Part shown: piece by piece, positions 35,497 through 36,025 of the stretch
Layout of the letters: the number at the start of each line of letters is the position of its first letter
Numbering within the stretch: the stretch's first letter is position 1
Assembly: GCF_006345805.1 (NCBI RefSeq)
Contig: NW_021826231.1
Location: 1-36,025, forward strand
From: Octopus sinensis
Taxonomy: Eukaryota
Length of the DNA: 36,025 nt
Reading direction: 5' to 3'
Notes under the pieces: generated by a model
Told to the model about the DNA's origin: nothing
The model's database searches: none
What the model saw: only the letters and a program-made list of their open reading frames with translations
Translations under genes and position numbers: made by a program

Positions 35497-36025
35497 CTAG
35501 CTTAAGGTGACCCGCTCTACGCGTGGGTGAGGGTGTGATTGTTACTTTCTGTTGCTTCCTTTGTTTCTTATCGCCATATTCACCCTCTTTGTTCCTCTCT
35601 CCTTTCTCTCTCGCATCCCCACTCTCTTACTCTTCCTTTATCTCGGACTCTCCCTCACTTTCTCTTGCTTTTTATCTTTCTCTATCTATCTATCTCTCAT
35701 TTATAAAAAAATTAGATTTCCGTGCTTAAATTACAAATCTTCTACTTTACCATGTTGAAAATTTGATTGAAATCGGGCAAAAGGTGTCCAATCTAAACCC
35801 TCAATTGTCCCCCAAAATCAATAAAACCCCTATTTTCACACCAAAACGACCACAGTAGCGCCCCAAAAGTCTCTCAAACAATTTCTCACCGCAAGTTACC
35901 CCCTCTTTTAAATTGTAATCCCCTTCCAGGCCCAATTACACATCTTTTTACATAAAAATCCAATTTGTATCATCGTTCGCCTTCTTCATTTGATAGATTA
36001 GAAATACATACCCGGCCTTGTTCGG
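35497..36025 (-). mobile_element. Putative non-autonomous Helitron, 3' end
   Basis: Minus strand ends …cccacgcgtagagcggg (GC hairpin)…aagCTAG|T at 35497. Confidence 0.45.

Overview
This is AT-rich, repeat-dense eukaryotic DNA. The SINE, LINE and microsatellite content resembles Octopus/coleoid cephalopod sequence; that assignment is inference. (1) Bases 1-6.9 kb hold two different frameshifted R4/Dong-type RLE non-LTR retrotransposons stacked in one (TAA)n array. (2) The middle is a patchwork of tRNA-derived SINEs, RTE 3' ends, a Tx1/L1-type ORF1 remnant, a Helitron helicase remnant, MITE-like pieces and (TA)n/(TATG)n microsatellites. (3) The right third holds the last five coding exons of a minus-strand gene that the ORF track does not show as a unit. 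The exons splice in frame into ankyrin-repeat end + C3HC4 RING + linker + Death domain (Mind bomb-like N-terminal part, Death-domain C-terminus). The linker exon arose by tandem duplication of the first Death-domain exon. A Tc1 transposon and an RLE-LINE fragment lie in its introns. (4) The most unusual signal is a set of type I hammerhead ribozyme motifs, most with a palindromic or near-palindromic stem III, in several unrelated short microsatellite-bounded elements. They lie at 15634-15721(-), 20865-20965(+), 31524-31559(+) and 31728-31805(-)/32083-32160(+), with partial cores at 20096-20111(+) and 29633-29675(-). One pair sits in a perfect 493-bp fold-back palindrome inside an intron of the gene. 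All alignments and folds were done by eye.
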